Shown here: positions 1 to 13,320 of the stretch, in pieces | How the letters are laid out: every line of letters starts with the position of its first letter | Numbering within the stretch: position 1 is the first letter of the stretch | Assembly (NCBI GenBank): GCA_030265395.1 | Contig: JARFYF010000054.1 | Location: 31,042,642-31,106,641, forward strand | Reading direction: 5' to 3' | From: Rhina ancylostomus | Taxonomy: Eukaryota | DNA: 64,000 nt | Program-made: the position numbers and the translations under genes | Notes under the pieces: generated by a model | What the model saw: the letters and a program-made list of their open reading frames with translations, nothing else | Told to the model about the DNA's origin: nothing | The model's database searches: none

Positions 1-105
1 GTATGGTTATCTAAGATTTGAGTGATAACCAGATCTCTTTGCAAGATATGTACAAACTTTGATGCCATATACCATTTTGTATTGATTTGAAAACTAATAA
101 AAAGA
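1..105 (+). repeat. 3' tail of a retroposon (probably L1/Tx1-type), truncated by the window start
   Basis: Its reverse complement matches ~20630-20737 almost base for base. It ends in AATAAAA plus an A-rich run. Family assignment is inference. Confidence 0.6.
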
Positions 106-479
106 TTAAGAAAGAAAGAGAGTGCAGTAGAAAGATGAGTTACCATCACCAACCATCCCATGAGTAATGAATGCTGGCCTTTGGCATGTCACACACATCC
201 CATTAGTGAACCAAAAAGGGTTAGACAATATCTTTTGGAAACTATGAAATGAAGAAACTGGAGAATAAAGATCTGCAAGTGACACTGAGCCAGGAAATGT
301 TGGGAAATGCCAGGATCGCCCTACAAGTATCAGGATGTTTGGGTTTCCTTGCCGGCTGAGTGAATTTCCGGCTGTGTATTCTTCTGGATAGTAAATTGGA
401 ATTATCCAGTGGCAGAGCACGAACTACTGCAGCTCCCCAGCAGTTATGCTGCATCTGTACCAAGTCAGACCTGACACAA

Positions 480-1020
480 TAAAGTTGGCGTTTAATATAA
501 ACGGAATGGTGTAGAAAAGTAATTAAGTCTTGTTACAATTGTTCAGTGTGCCCATGAGATCATATTTGGAGTACCTGGTACAATTTTGGTTGTATTGTTT
601 AAGGAAGGATATGCTTGTATTTCTCGGCAGCTCAGAGCATGTTCATTGAAAGGGTTATCTTTTGAAGAAAAGTTCAGCAGATTGGACCTATGCTCATTGG
701 AAATCAGAAAAATGAAAGCCATCTTATTAAAACAAGATTCCGACAGGATGTGACAGGGTAAATCTAAAGTAAGGAGGCATTGTTTCAGAATAAGCCATCA
801 CCCTTAAGCTGGAAGAGATGAAATACTTCTTTCAGAGAGCTGTGAATGCAGTGTTGATGAATGGATTCAAAGCCGAGATAGACTTTGGCTCTTTAGGGAA
901 GTCTAGGGTTGTGGGGAACAGACGCAAGTACCAGGTAGTGACCATCTCCAACTGGCCAACATCAGATCAGCAGGTTTGATGGGTCAAATGGCCTTCTGCT
1001 GTTAGTTATGTTCATGTTCT
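480..1020 (+). mobile_element. Degenerate CR1 LINE 3' fragment in the ORAI2 intron
   Basis: Decayed CR1 RT C-terminal DNA motifs (catatttggagtac...aaggaaggatatg) and a ttatgttc-type tail, similar to the young CR1 at 10895-12042. Confidence 0.6.
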
Positions 1021-3119
1021 CTTGAAGAGAGGAACAGCTGTGAAGGAGAATAAGTAGAAGATGGTTTACATTTTTTTGAATTAATTGAGTATGTTTTAAT
1101 TTTATAAGTATTTTGGAGTGATTTTAGTTTTCATGAATATTTTTAATTGGGTTAATTGATTATCATTATGTTTTGAATATTTCTAAATGTTAAGGATGTG
1201 TGCAGAAGTCTCCAAATAAGGAGGTTTGACTTGACTATTGTGAAAGCTTCTTTCAACGGTTTTATTGGCAAGGCTTGTTCTCCCTTCTCCCCCCCACCCC
1301 TCTACCCCAATTAAAAACTGACAGGATCTCACCACTTGAATCAGGACAACACTTACTAAGAAACCAATGTCAAATCCAGAAAATGTCAACAGCAACTGCC
1401 AGTGGCACACCATTGCTACCAGTTTTTGGCCCATTACTTTTGAAAGCATCTTTGTAATGAGAACAGTGTTTTACTGTGGGTTGTTTCTTGACCCAAAATT
1501 ATCTGGGAAGTGGCCTTTGGAATGGGTGAGAATAGAATTGTCCTGTGGTAATTTGCCCGAAGAGCCTGCAGAACATGAACTTGCACTGACAATTACACTG
1601 CTGCCTTTTTAAGAGTAAGTAAGGTTGCATTATCTTCTGAAATAGTTAATTAGGCTTTAAACAGGGAACCAGTGAATCCACTTTTGCCCCAGCCCCTCCC
1701 ACCACAGCCCACGTTCCAATCATATTCATCCACATTGGAGTCTAAGTTCGAAGGGTCAGAACATGTTTGCTGTATGATAGATTTATCTGGAAGGAATTGT
1801 TTTCGATTTTTCTAATATATCAATCCAATATCAAGACAATATTCCATGGATTGAGGAAGCCGCTAACTTAGGTTAGACCACACTGGATATGTTTCTCCTG
1901 TCTAATTATAAAAGGCAATCTGCCTAATTCTTCTGGAGGTACAAACCCGAGACAGAGGCTTGAACAATTACTTAAAACCAGTGGTGTAAACCCCACAATG
2001 ATCAAACAGATTAGCTTTGTCTCACACACACCATTTATCTCCAAATGACGAGCACTGATCCTGCGCCTAGCTGTAAAATCTTGGTGTTTGACCTTTTTTA
2101 AAAATTATAATTAAACTTTGTTTTATTGGCATGATCTTGCCATAGACTTTGCCAAGGAATAATTCTGTAAATAACTCCATTATGCATTTCTCTTCTTATG
2201 ATTTCTGTCCTTTTTTTAAACAAAGGACATTGAACTCTCTGGCGGAACATACCAAGAATGAGCACTCCAGCGATTTTTTTTTCACTTAACTAAAAAGCTG
2301 GAGTTAGTCCACATCTAGACATCGTGGGTCTAATTCAGAGTTTTATCAGCATCTTTAATTTTAGCTCCAGAATTTTGCTGACAAAAATGAGCTAAAATAA
2401 ACCAGACCCTGTAATATTATCTAGATAAGAGTACCATACAGTGAAGGGAACAGCTTGGCAAAGTTAAAATTCTAACAGTGGATCTGGTTATGTTAATCTG
2501 AAATATCTCGTCATCATTCTTCACAGTTTTGTGAAAGGTTTAATATCTTGGTCTTTGCTGCTTTTGCAAAGCTATTTTGGGTTGCTGAGCAGCAGTGTAA
2601 ACAATCACAGTAGGTTGCCCTATTGCCAGTATTGATTCACATTGATAACACACCTTATGTTTGATCACGTTAATGACACAGTGCTCTGTTCTGCTTCTGT
2701 TCATAATTTTGTAATAACACAGCATCAATCTTTCTGCTTTCTGTGAGCAGATCTTCATTTCACTGTGTATACAATAGACTACATTTGTTGTATTTTCATC
2801 CACTGCTTGCAGCTAATATTTATGTGGTCTGTACTTGTCTCTAGAGTATGTTTTTTTAAAATATGTATATAAAGTTATGCCCTTCCATTAAATGAAATAA
2901 GATTGCCTTAATATAAAACATTTATTCCTAAAGTTTATGTTGGAGAATGGGTTGCACTCCATATGAAACACCCAGTAAGCTTCTAAGACACAAAATACAT
3001 CCTTCCACACTGCCCCAGCGCAATAGAGCGCCCCCTACCACACAGATGTAATATTGCCCATATTAATTATGTGGTTTTCATGTGAGAATTTAACAGTTGT
3101 TTAACTTTATTTCTTGCAG

Positions 3120-3671
3120 GTTGCTATGGTTGAAGTTCAGTTGGAGATGGACTACACCTATCCCAAGTTCCTGCTCATTGCCTTCAGTGCCTGCACAACA
3201 GTGTTGGTCGCTGTCCACCTCTTTGCTCTCTTGATCAGCACTTGCATTCTCCCCAATGTTGAGGCAGTCAGCAACATACACAATCTCAACTCTGTCAATG
3301 AGTCACCCCACGAGCGCATGCATTACTACATCGAGCTGGCCTGGGGCTTCTCAACAGCTCTAGGCATCATCCTCTTCCTTATGGAGGTAGTCCTGCTTTG
3401 TTGGATTAAGTTCCTGCCTGTTGACAGCAATCGGAGGAAGCACAAGGAGGCTGTTGCAGCCCAGCCCGGAGAGGGACACACCGGAAGGGATGCAGCTTTG
3501 ACATCTACTATTATCATGGCACCAGTGGGCCTTATTTTTGTGATATTTACCATACATTTTTACCGATCACTGGTAGGGCACAAAACAGAGCGTCACAATC
3601 AGGAGATTGAAGAGCTGCACAAGCTGAAAGTACAGCTGGATGGCCATGACCGGACCCTGCAAGTGGTTTGA
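3120..3671 (+). CDS. ORAI2: ORAI2 CRAC channel subunit, last coding exon (end of TM1 to the C-terminus); upstream exon(s) lie outside the window
   Basis: Acceptor tttcttgcag|GTT. Translation VAMVEVQ (selectivity-filter Glu)...[19 protein letters not shown]...[30 protein letters not shown]. The C-terminus matches ORAI2 rather than ORAI1 or ORAI3. Confidence 0.96.
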   Translation, partial: VAMVEVQLEMDYTYPKFLLIAFSACTTVLVAVHLFALLISTCILPNVEAVSNIHNLNSVNESPHERMHYYIELAWGFSTALGIILFLMEVVLLCWIKFLPVDSNRRKHKEAVAAQPGEGHTGRDAALTSTIIMAPVGLIFVIFTIHFYRSLVGHKTERHNQEIEELHKLKVQLDGHDRTLQVV

Positions 3672-3974
3672 AAAATGAACGAGGAGGAAAAGAAATTAAT
3701 TAGTCAGAATCATCCTGAAATTCCGAGCTTCTGCAGCCCATGGCAGATATCAAATGGGCTCTCCTGTCATTTCCGGGAATTCGAGTTTACAAATATGGCT
3801 TTCAAGTGGCTTTGTGGTTACAATATTTTCTGCATTGTCTTAAAAGAAAACAGTCTTTCTCTTTGCTATGGAATCAGGTGTAAGCTGGAACTTGTAAGCA
3901 TGTACTAAAATGGTTCAGACTGATACCATGCTAGCCATCAGCACACCGTCACTTCAACAGAGACAGTTTCTGAG

Positions 3975-4141
3975 GACACAAGACTGCAGATGCTGGAATC
4001 TGGAGCAATAAACAATCTGCTGGAGGAACTTAGCGGGTTGAGCAGCATCTGTGGCAGGAAAAAAAATTTGTTGACATTTCGGGTCAAAACCCTGCATCAG
4101 GACTGAAACATCGACAATTTCTTTCCTCCCACAGATGCTGC
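3975..4141. mobile_element. Short inverted-arm repeat (Penelope-like, non-autonomous) with a hammerhead-like core, in the ORAI2 3' UTR
   Basis: Begins gactgcagatgctggaatctggagc. The minus strand at 4073-4100 reads CTGATGCA-GGGT-TTTG-ACCC-GAAATGTC. Arms 4042-4080 and 4105-4141 are inverted. Related copies lie near 9577, 10570, 35478, 37203, 38200, 41845 and 42865. Confidence 0.65.
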
Positions 4142-5479
4142 AGAGTCATTTTATCGCAGGGCTACACTCTTCAGAGGAACCAGTCCAGATTAAACTAGAT
4201 GACCAGGACATGGATTAATTCCAGTTTTTCTCTAGTTGGCTGTGTTGTTGCAGTGTAGGTGTAACCATCTGTTGGGGATCTTGGTAAATAGCTTAACCTG
4301 CCTGGTACAAAGAGTGAAGGACTGATCAGACCAATATTGAAAAGCTGTAATGGAATAGAAGATGTTATTACTGAGTTTAAATAGGATTGATGCTTGGTAT
4401 GGTTCTGGATGGTCAGTGTTTATTGTAGATCCCTCCACTCACTACTGTAACTGCTAAAAATTAAAAAAACTACAAAACTAAAACCTGTTCTTACTAGGTC
4501 CAAACTGTAGTTAGGACCTGTACCCATTTGTTATAAAACTATAATATTGCTCATGACCTGTAGCATTACTGCCCTGGCTGAAGTGATATGGAGCTTAACC
4601 TGTGACACTCCATTCTGTATTGTCAGATATTGGTACTCCAGTTCAAGCAACACCACGTTAATGGTAAGTGATTAAAATTCTGATCAGTATAACCCCATTT
4701 GATGCTCTACATCCTCGTGTTGTTGTCCAATTTATTCTGACCTCATTTGATGTTGGTTAAAACAGATTTGATGTAATCATTCTCTGTTCAATTTCTCAGA
4801 TTTGAAAAGGAGAACTCGTGAAAAGAGGAAGAGATTTTTTTAAATGTAATGTTAAAACCATGTACTTGTGCTATCCGAACAACAGGAATGATCATGTCCT
4901 CACTTTTTCTCTTTAACCACAGTACTGTCCTGCTGTGAGGAGTTTGGCCTTTCTCCTTTATCTATTACAGCTTCAGTGCTTCAATTTACCGAATCTTAAT
5001 GATGGAGCAACCATTTGTCACAATGTTAATTTAGCTGCTAAATTTTAGGTAGCCCTTAAAATGTTAGCTATTAATGATTTAAAAAAAAATTCTTGTTTGG
5101 GATCTGGAGCAAACAAGTGATCATAACTGAGCCAGTTCTGATAATGAAATGCAAACATGGAATTTTGGATCCTATCTGTATGACTGGGATTATGAAGACT
5201 GGTGGCTTTTTATACCTAATTATGTTTACTGTTATGCTTTGGGGAATTCTGTGTTTAAAACATTTAATTCCTGATGAACAGCGTTTTTTTTGGGTTTGGG
5301 AATGATGTCCTTCCTGTGTTGCCTTCAGATGTTTACCAGTGAAGAGATTTTACTATCACAACCACAGATGGTGAGGGGGACTAAGAATTTACTGCAGAGT
5401 GCACTCGTTGGTTTGCAGGATTTATAAAATACAAATTTTGAGGGCTACCAATTCAGACAAATTTGCATCTGCTACACTG

Positions 5480-6545
5480 ACACACAAGATGTGATCCTAA
5501 CAAGTCCAGTACAGATGGAACCTCTGTGTCAGACAGGACTCGAACAAGGCTGTGTCATTGCACCAACCTTCTTCTCAATCTTCCTCACTGCAGTACGGCA
5601 TCTGTCCTTCACTGGAGTGGAGTTAACCTACAGAAGAAATGCCTTCACCTCAGAACGTGTATCATCCCAACTGCTGTCATCAGTTTACAATATGCAGACA
5701 ACAGTTATGTCCATGAACATTCAGAAGCTGAGATCCAAGGCTTGGCTGACTGCTTTGTCGATGTATATGAAGGAATGGGCCTTGTACTGACCAACTAGAA
5801 GACAAAGGTCATCTAGCAACCTGCACCATATTGCCCCAAACATTCAGACTCCACAGTGGGGCTCTGGAAAACATAGATCATGTTTGTCTTATCCTGGGGA
5901 TAGAGCTCCTGGTCAACTGAATCCCTCCACTCTATACTTTGGAGACATGAGAGACCACAAAGTACAGGAGAGGTTCCATCAGCACTGTCTCCCCAAATCT
6001 ACTGGCAGAGTCTCAGTGCTGGACATGTTTTCCTGAGAGAGGACACTGACACTGCAAAATCTACTGGCAAGATAACACAGACAAAGCAAACCAATGTCAC
6101 CACCCTCTCCCAGACAGACATCCCAGTAACAACACTTTGATCCCATTCCTCCAGCTCTGGTGCATTCCATATTGTCTGCTTGCCTGGCACCAGAATCTTG
6201 AATGAAGTGCCCCACTCCAAGGTCTCCAAAAAGTTTTCAGGAAAACGAAAAACATTTCAGAGGCATTCTTGAAGTCTCTTGGAAGAAGTGTGACAACGTC
6301 ATTGAGTCATGGTAATCTCTGGCCTTATACTGCTCAAAATGGGGGAAGAGAATTGGGAAAGCGGTGATTACCTCTGGTCTGTATGACAAGAGCACATAAG
6401 GACCACACACTAAAAGCAGCCTTAATACTCATCCATCTCCCCTGCCGTCATCGCCCATTCCACGTGGCAGAGCTTGCAGGTCCCACACAAGACTCTTCAG
6501 CCACAGCAGAACTTGAGTTATCCTTGAGGGACTGCCTAAGAAGAA
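5480..6545 (+). mobile_element. Decayed RTE-clade LINE fragment within the ORAI2 3' UTR
   Basis: Frameshifted RT motifs TGLEQGCVIAPTFFSIFL (cf. GVKQGCVLAPTLF) and SLQYADN (cf. YADD). Confidence 0.75.
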
Positions 6546-7075
6546 GATTGCACATACCAATTACCAGAGCAGTTGTTGCATGTTTTGACATAAGTGTAAT
6601 TGTGGCCTTGTTACTGAAACCAGTGACCTTGAATTGCTTCAGTATGCAATCATAGGTGTTTCATTTGAACACATTATTGTCCGATTGTACTTGAATCAGG
6701 CAATGTGTCGTCATAAGCTTTCCCATGTATGGTATATGCCAGCCTACTGTGTTTTATATTTGAACACATAATTGTCTTAATCTTTGAGTTTGTATACTTC
6801 TGTGTCTTGATACCAGGATGTATTTATTCCCTCTGCAGCATTACAAACCTACAGCTACAGGAACTTGGAAGAGGGGCAACGATTGCTGTTATTTTTAACT
6901 TTGTAAAACAAAGCCCTGGGTTATTAAGATGTTGCTGTTTTTTGAAATGCAAATCTTTACTGGTATTTTGATCAGTTTTTTTTTGCTTGTGAGCCCTGTA
7001 TGTATACTGTGTATAGCACCATTTAATCTTATTAGTTTGTTGTGTCACTGTTGAAGAAATAGAAGTTGCATTTGA

Positions 7076-7081
7076 AATAAA
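7076..7081 (+). terminator. Candidate ORAI2 polyadenylation signal
   Basis: AATAAA at the end of an AU/GU-rich UTR-like stretch, followed by U/GU-rich sequence. It implies a ~3.4 kb 3' UTR. Confidence 0.5.
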
Positions 7082-8227
7082 GTATTGTCAAACATATTTT
7101 GTAACATCAGAACTTGATAACTTTGTTTCCTGAATGTTGAGCTTTTGTACAGTAATATTGCATACATAATGTGATTTCCATGTCACCATCTTGAATTATT
7201 CTCTGCCATTTGCATTGTAACTGTGCTAAAGCAACAATATTTCTAAGATTCTTCCCAGCCTGTCACCAGACACCAAATTAGCTCTCACTTCCCACAAAAT
7301 GCCAAAGGCCTACTTCCTCAGCCATTCCTGGTGCTCAATTCTTTATCTGAGCCGAGGCATTTGGGTGGGGAGCACCGGTGCCCGAAGACACACATGGCTA
7401 GACGATATTGGGATGAAAGTAGTTTTTGTTTTGCGTTGTGAGTTAAGTTTGCTGCATCCCAACGAAATGGCCCAGAGCATTCAACTGGTCACCCTACTCA
7501 AAGGTTCCAGCAAAGCTCGTGTGAGAAATGGGATATTGTCATGTCGGCACAACAGCGGGAACTGCGCTTTGATTCTGGGTTGGTCAATGAAGAGAAGAAA
7601 TGAGAATCTGCCATTTTTGCGAACCATTAACCTTCATGTTTGATCGAAGATGTACACGCAATTCGCAAATGAAATTAGTGTGATGGGCAATGCACCCATT
7701 GGTAACTATCTCAGCAACAGTTGAGGACTCTTTAGGCATCAGCACAAAAAGGCAGACCTGGTTAAATTGAAACTAAGAAGGTTGATTTTAATAAGGAAAC
7801 AAGACTGAAACATTTGGGTGGAAATCCATACTATTTAAATGAAACTATTTGTCATTCCTGAAACTTCAGTTCTGTCTGAAAAGGCTGGAGTTGAAGGAAG
7901 GGTTTGTTCTATTGAAGTTCTCTCTGATTCCTGGTGTTCTTTAATGCTGCAATATCAGTTCATGCTGCAAGTTCCAGTAAAGCCCTTTTAGGGAAAAGAA
8001 TTCAGGAACACTTTCACTCCCACACCCCCTCTCTTTAAACTCAAAACTATGAAAAGGTCACAGCTCTGATGTTAGCAGACTGGTATACAGCTAGTGGAAT
8101 TACTCTGTGCTAATCCACATCTGATCTGTAATAAAAGGGCATGTAGTCAGTGAGATAGCATTGTAGCATTGGTGCTGCTTGTTCAGATATTTTACTACAT
8201 AAAAAGAAATGTGTTGGCTAATGCTGT

Positions 8228-8455
8228 CAGATTCAGATTTAATATCACTGACATATGACATGAAATTTGTTGTTTTGCAGCAGCAGTACAGAGCAAAGAT
8301 ATAAAAACAAATAAATTTAAAAAAAAACTAGTGCAAAAAAAAAGGAATAATGAGGTTGTGTTCATGGACTGTTCAGAAATTTGATGGCAGAGGGGGAGAA
8401 GCTGTTCCTGAATTGAGTTTGGGTTTACGGGCTCCTGTTACCACCTCACCTCCGA
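8228..8455 (-). mobile_element. 3' end of a Rex/Babar-type LINE
   Basis: Resembles, in reverse orientation, the 3' end of the element at 12585-13320 (ttcaggaacagc...ccatca), with a ctgaat-type tail. Confidence 0.5.
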
Positions 8456-9319
8456 TGCCATTTAGTTTTTAAATGGACTGTGACTTAAACAACTAATTTC
8501 AGAATAAAATGCTGAAAATAGTTTGTAATATCCTGATGGGTTCTGCTGTGCAATCCCATTCCAAGTTTTGCATTCAGAGAGGCAACGTTACAAGCTCCTG
8601 AAATTTAATCACCATTCAGTTTGATGGAACAAGCTGTGCAGGGAAGCAAACAATGCAGAAACATTTGAAAGAGAATTGAATGGCCATTTGAGGAAGTGGG
8701 TGATTGAAGAGAGATGTTCAAGACTGCCCAGATGCCCAGTTCTTTCCTGCTTCCCATGTTGACATGCTGTGTGTGTTCCAGACTGACTTGTTCTGCTTAA
8801 GTTCTAACATGGTCAGCAGAGAAAGTGGGTTAGTTGCAAGCATACTGTAAATACTTGTAATGTGTCTGCACTCATTATGTTGCATTATTCCAAAGATTGA
8901 AACCTAATTTGCATTTTAAAATATTTTAGTGCTCCTCAAATGATGTTGTCCCCAAAGAATAAAATGAATTATGACCTGAGCTGCCAGTCTCCTATACTGT
9001 ACCATGTATAATGCAGAGTGCAGGTCCCACCGCCCTGGATTTGATGGCCTCGAGCTCAGGTATTGTCCTGCTATCGCATCAAGGTGTCATTTCCATTTCC
9101 TACTGCAACCTTGGAATAAGATTACAAGTTCATACCAAAGTAAAGGCAGTTTAAAATAGGAAATGACTTGAATTTTACTTGGATTGGATGGGCAGTAGTT
9201 GATATCTTCCCTTGTAATAGCCATTTGAATTTTGTTTTAATTTTGCAACTTGGATCAAAATATTCTGTCTGATTTTTAACTTCGCCCATTCGCTTAGCAT
9301 GTCTGACAGGGATTTTCTA

Positions 9320-10500
9320 TATTTAAGGACAATTAGAGAATAAGTGTAATGACTGGCAGAGGCATCCTGGATCTATAAAAGGGAAATTATGTGTTCAGCA
9401 AATCTGACGAGATTTGAGTTGGAATTAGCAGAAGAGATAAAAGGGAACCAGTTGAGATATGCTTGGACTTCCAGGTCATCATGGTGCCACACAAGATTAA
9501 ACAAACTTAGACTGCACAGTATCAAATTGAGAATGGGTTAACCGTGGAGTGAAAATACGTGGGTAATTTTCAGAGAGACACGAGACTGCAGATGCTGGAA
9601 TCTGGAGCAACACACAAAGTGCTGGAGAAACTCAGTGGGTCAGGCAGCATCTACGGAGGGAAATGGGATGTCAATGTTTCAGGTCGAGAAAGGATCCCGA
9701 TGGGTAACTTTCACATTGGGAACCTATGACCACTGGAATGCCACAGGTCTCGGTGCTAGGGGCCCAGCTGTTCACAGTCCATAAGTGAATCAGGTGTTAT
9801 ATATCCACAAGTCTGCTGATGCCACAAAGCTAAGTGGCAGTCTAGATTGTGAGTGAGGTAAAGCGGGCTATAGTCGGGTGAATGGGTGAGGACGTGGTAG
9901 ATAGAATATAATGGAAAAGGTGTGAGGTGATCTACTTTGGTGAGAAAAATAGAAAAGCATAATACTTATGTGGTGAGAGATTTGAATAGTATTGGCGTTC
10001 AGTGGACTTGGGTGTCCTTCTTGATGAAGCTTTGAAGTTAACATGCACCTTGTAGCGTGCAATTAGAAGACAAGTGTTAACCTTTACTCGAGAGGTTTGA
10101 GTTCAAAAGAGACATTGTACAAAAATTTTACATAGGCCTTGGTGAGTTCATACTTGGAACGTTGAGTGGGGTCTCATTATCTCAGTAGAGGGAGTGTGGC
10201 AAAGATTCATTTGAGTCCTGGGATGGTAGGTTTGATGCACAAGGAGAAATGAAGCAGATTAACCTACACTATCGTGAGAGGCAGCCTCAGTGAAAGATTC
10301 AAAATATTGTATCCAAAAGGGTTCTAAGGGGTCTGTCACTGTGTATTCAAAACAGCGATCAGTAGATCTTCAGTTTTAATGGGAAATGAGCGATGTGGAA
10401 TTAATGTATGAAAGTGGTCTTAGTGAAATAAGCCATGGTCTTAGTGAATGCTGGAGCAGGCTTAAGGGGTGAAATGACCCACTCCAGTTTCTGTTAGGTT
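9320..10500 (+). mobile_element. Old CR1 LINE fragment, interrupted at ~9575-9700 by a Penelope-like short repeat
   Basis: Decayed RT motifs (ttggacttccag, ggaatgccacaggtctcggtgctagggg, gctgatgccacaaagct) followed by a CR1-type 3' end. Confidence 0.65.
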
Positions 10501-10569
10501 CTTCCAGCCCTCTAAAAGCTCTCTGCATTCTCCTCATGACTCAATACTACTTGGTTGTATACCATCAGC

Positions 10570-10740
10570 AATAAAAATGGAAAACGTTGGAAACACCCAG
10601 TAGGTAAGGCAGCATCTATGGAGAGAGAAGCATTAGAGTTCTGACAAAGGGTCTTCCACCTGAAATGTTGCTGCCGTTTCTCTACTGTTGCTGCCTGACC
10701 TGTTTCCAGCATTTTCTGTTTTATTTCAGAATTCCAGCAT
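10570..10740. mobile_element. Inverted-arm short repeat with a degenerate hammerhead core
   Basis: ggcagcatct...ctgacaaagggtcttccacctgaaatgttg (10641-10670)...tgctgcctgacctg...ttccagcat. Confidence 0.5.
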
Positions 10741-10894
10741 TTTTTTTAATTTTGCACTTGTATCATCAGCAAAAATAATGTAAAGCACATGTTTCTCCCA
10801 TTCAAAATATTAAATTGTGAACCTTTGGAGCCCCAGCTTCAACGTTGGGGCATCCCCCTGGCCACAGCTTCCCACCCTCAAAATGACCCACAAG

Positions 10895-12042
10895 CCTGAT
10901 AGGGTTCTTTGAGGAGGTGGCCAGGCAGATTGATGAGGGTAGTGCAGTAGATGTGGTCTACGTGGATTTTAGTAAGGCATTTGACAAGGTGCCACATGGT
11001 AGGCTTCTTCAGAAGGTCAAGAGGGCAAGGGATCCAGGGAGGCTTGGCTGTGTGGATTCAGAATTGGCTCCTGTAGAAAGCAGAGGGTTGTGGTGGAGGG
11101 ACTGCATTCCGATTGGAGGGCTGTGACTAGCAGTGTCCCACATGGATCAGTTCTGGGACCTCTGCTTTTCATGATTTTTATTAATGAATTAGCAGAGGGG
11201 GTAGAAGGGTGGGTTGGCAAGTTTGCAGNNNNNNNNNNNNNNNNNNNNNNNNNNNNNNNNNNNNNNNNNNNNNNNNNNNNNNNNNNNNNNNNNNNNNNNN
11301 NNNNNNNNNNNNNNNNNNNNNNNNNNNNTCTGGGTAGTGTGGAGGAGCAGAGGGATCTGGGGGTTCATATCCACAGATCCCTGAAAGTTGCCTCACAGGT
11401 GGATAAGGTAGTTAAGAAAGCTTATGGGATGTTAGCATTCATAAGTCGTGGGATCGAGTTTAAGAGCCGCAAGGTAACGATGCAGCTCTACAAAACTCTG
11501 GTTAGACCACATTTGGAGTACTGTGTCCAATTTGGGTCGTCTCATTTTCGGAAGGATGTGGAAGCACTGGAAAGGGTGCAGAGGAGATTTACCAGGATGT
11601 TGCCTAGTTTGGAGTATGCATTATGAGGAGAGGCTAAGGGAGCTAGGGCTTTACTCTTTGGAGAGAAGGAGGAGGAGAGGAGACATGATAAAGGTGTACA
11701 AAATATTAAGAGGAATAGATAGAGTAGACAGCCAGTGCCTCTTTCCCAGGGCACCGATGCTCCATACAAGAGGGTACGGCTTTAAAGTAATGGGTGGGAA
11801 GTTCAAGGGAGATATCAGGGGAAGGTTTTTTACCCCAGAGAGTTGTTGGGGCGTGGAATACACTGCCTGGAGTGGTGGTGGAGGCAGGTACATTGGTCAC
11901 ATTCGAGAGATTACTAGATAAGCATATGGAGGAATTTAAACTAAAGGGATATGTGGCAAGAAGGGATTGGATAGTCTTACGGTCGGCGTAACATTGTGGG
12001 CCAAGGGGCCTGTATGATGCTATACCGTTCTATGATCCTATG
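10895..12042 (+). mobile_element. Young CR1 LINE, 5'-truncated (RT domain and 3' tail); spans an N-gap
   Basis: ORFs VDVVYVDFSKAFDKVPH, SVPHGSVLGPLLF, LYKTLVRPHLEYCVQF and RRRRGDMIKVYKI; ttctatg-type tail. Confidence 0.92.
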
Positions 12043-12584
12043 ACCCACTTATTTCTACAATTTTCTGTATGTTACCTGATCCTCAAATCATGCCAATATA
12101 TTGTCCTCATGTAATCTAACCAAGGACTTCTGGAAGTCCATAAATATCACTTCTATTGGTTTGCTGGTTACAGTCTCTGAAAGTTGGAACAGGTTTGCCA
12201 AACACTATTTCCCTTTCAGAAATCCACGTTCACTGTTTTCAGAGTACCTGTCACCACTTCACTAATAGATGTCAGTATTTTCTGTACTACTGATGTCTGA
12301 TTAACTGGTCTGTTTGTTTTCCTCTCCCTCCCTCTAAACAGTGAAAACCATACAATAGAATCTGAGAGGGCAGCTCTAGAACCTATGGAGTTTTGGAACC
12401 TGGATAAGCAGTGCATCCACTATCTCCAAACCCATTTCTGTTAAAACCTTTGGATTCAGTTCATAAGACCCTAGGGATTTATCAGCTTTTGGTCCCATTA
12501 AATCCTCCCGTACCTCTCTATAACCAAATATTTTTTTCAGATATTTACTTTAAACCTGTTGTTTGCTAATACTTCTTGGAGATG

Positions 12585-13320
12585 CTTAGCCCACTGCTGT
12601 GTTGTACTCTACACTCATGACTGTGGCTAGGCACAACTCAAACGCCATCTCTAAATTCGCCGATGACACCACTGTTCTTGGCAGATCTCAGATGGCGATG
12701 AGGAGGTGTACAGGAGTGGGATAGATCAGCTGGCTGAGAGGTGTCCCAACAACAACCTCGCGCTCAACATCAGCAAGACCAAGGAGTTGATTGTGGACTT
12801 CAGGAAGGGGAAGTCGGGAGAACACACACCAGTCTTCATTGAGGGGTCAGTGGTGGAAAAGGTGAGCAGCTTCAAGTTCCTGCACATCAACATCTTGGGA
12901 GATCTATCTTGGGACTGATGCAATCACAAAGAACACATGCCACTGGTTCTACTTAAGTTGGAGTTTAAGGAGATTTCGTATGCCGCCAACAACGCTTGCA
13001 AATTTCTACAGATGCACGGTGGAGAGCATTCCGACTGGTTGCATCACAGCCTGGTAATGTGGCTCCAATGTGCAGGATCGAATGAGGCTGCAGAGGGTTG
13101 TAGACTCAGCCAGCTCCATCAGGGGCACAACCCTCCCCGCCACAGAGGACATCTTCAAGAGGAGGTGTCTCAAGAAGGTAGTATCCATCATTAAGGACCC
13201 CCACTACCTGAGACATGCCCTCTTCCCTTTACTACCACCAGGGAGGAGATAGAGGAGCCTTAAGACCCACACTCATCGTTTCAGGAACAGCTGCTTCCCT
13301 TCCACCATCAGATTTCTGTC
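12585..13320 (+). mobile_element. Rex1/Babar-type LINE fragment
   Basis: aaattcgccgatgacacc (KFADDT), NNLALNISKTKELIVDFRK, VSSFKFL and RLQRVVDSASSI...LLPPGRR are typical of this clade. Confidence 0.8.

Noticed and set aside
3480-3590. ORAI2 substitutions GRDAAL (vs GWQAAL) and nexus LVGHK
   Set aside because: These positions vary among ORAI paralogs. The pore Glu and TM4 Pro are intact, so there is no basis for a functional claim.
7299-7760. 114-aa plus ORF and a minus-strand acceptor-like site with a 57-codon frame downstream of ORAI2
   Set aside because: No recognisable domain (not MORN3, ALKBH4 or STYXL1 by eye), no clear codon bias and no supporting exons.
10917-11991. Reverse-transcriptase ORFs as an active or domesticated gene
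   Set aside because: This is a 5'-truncated, frameshifted CR1 copy, an ordinary repeat.
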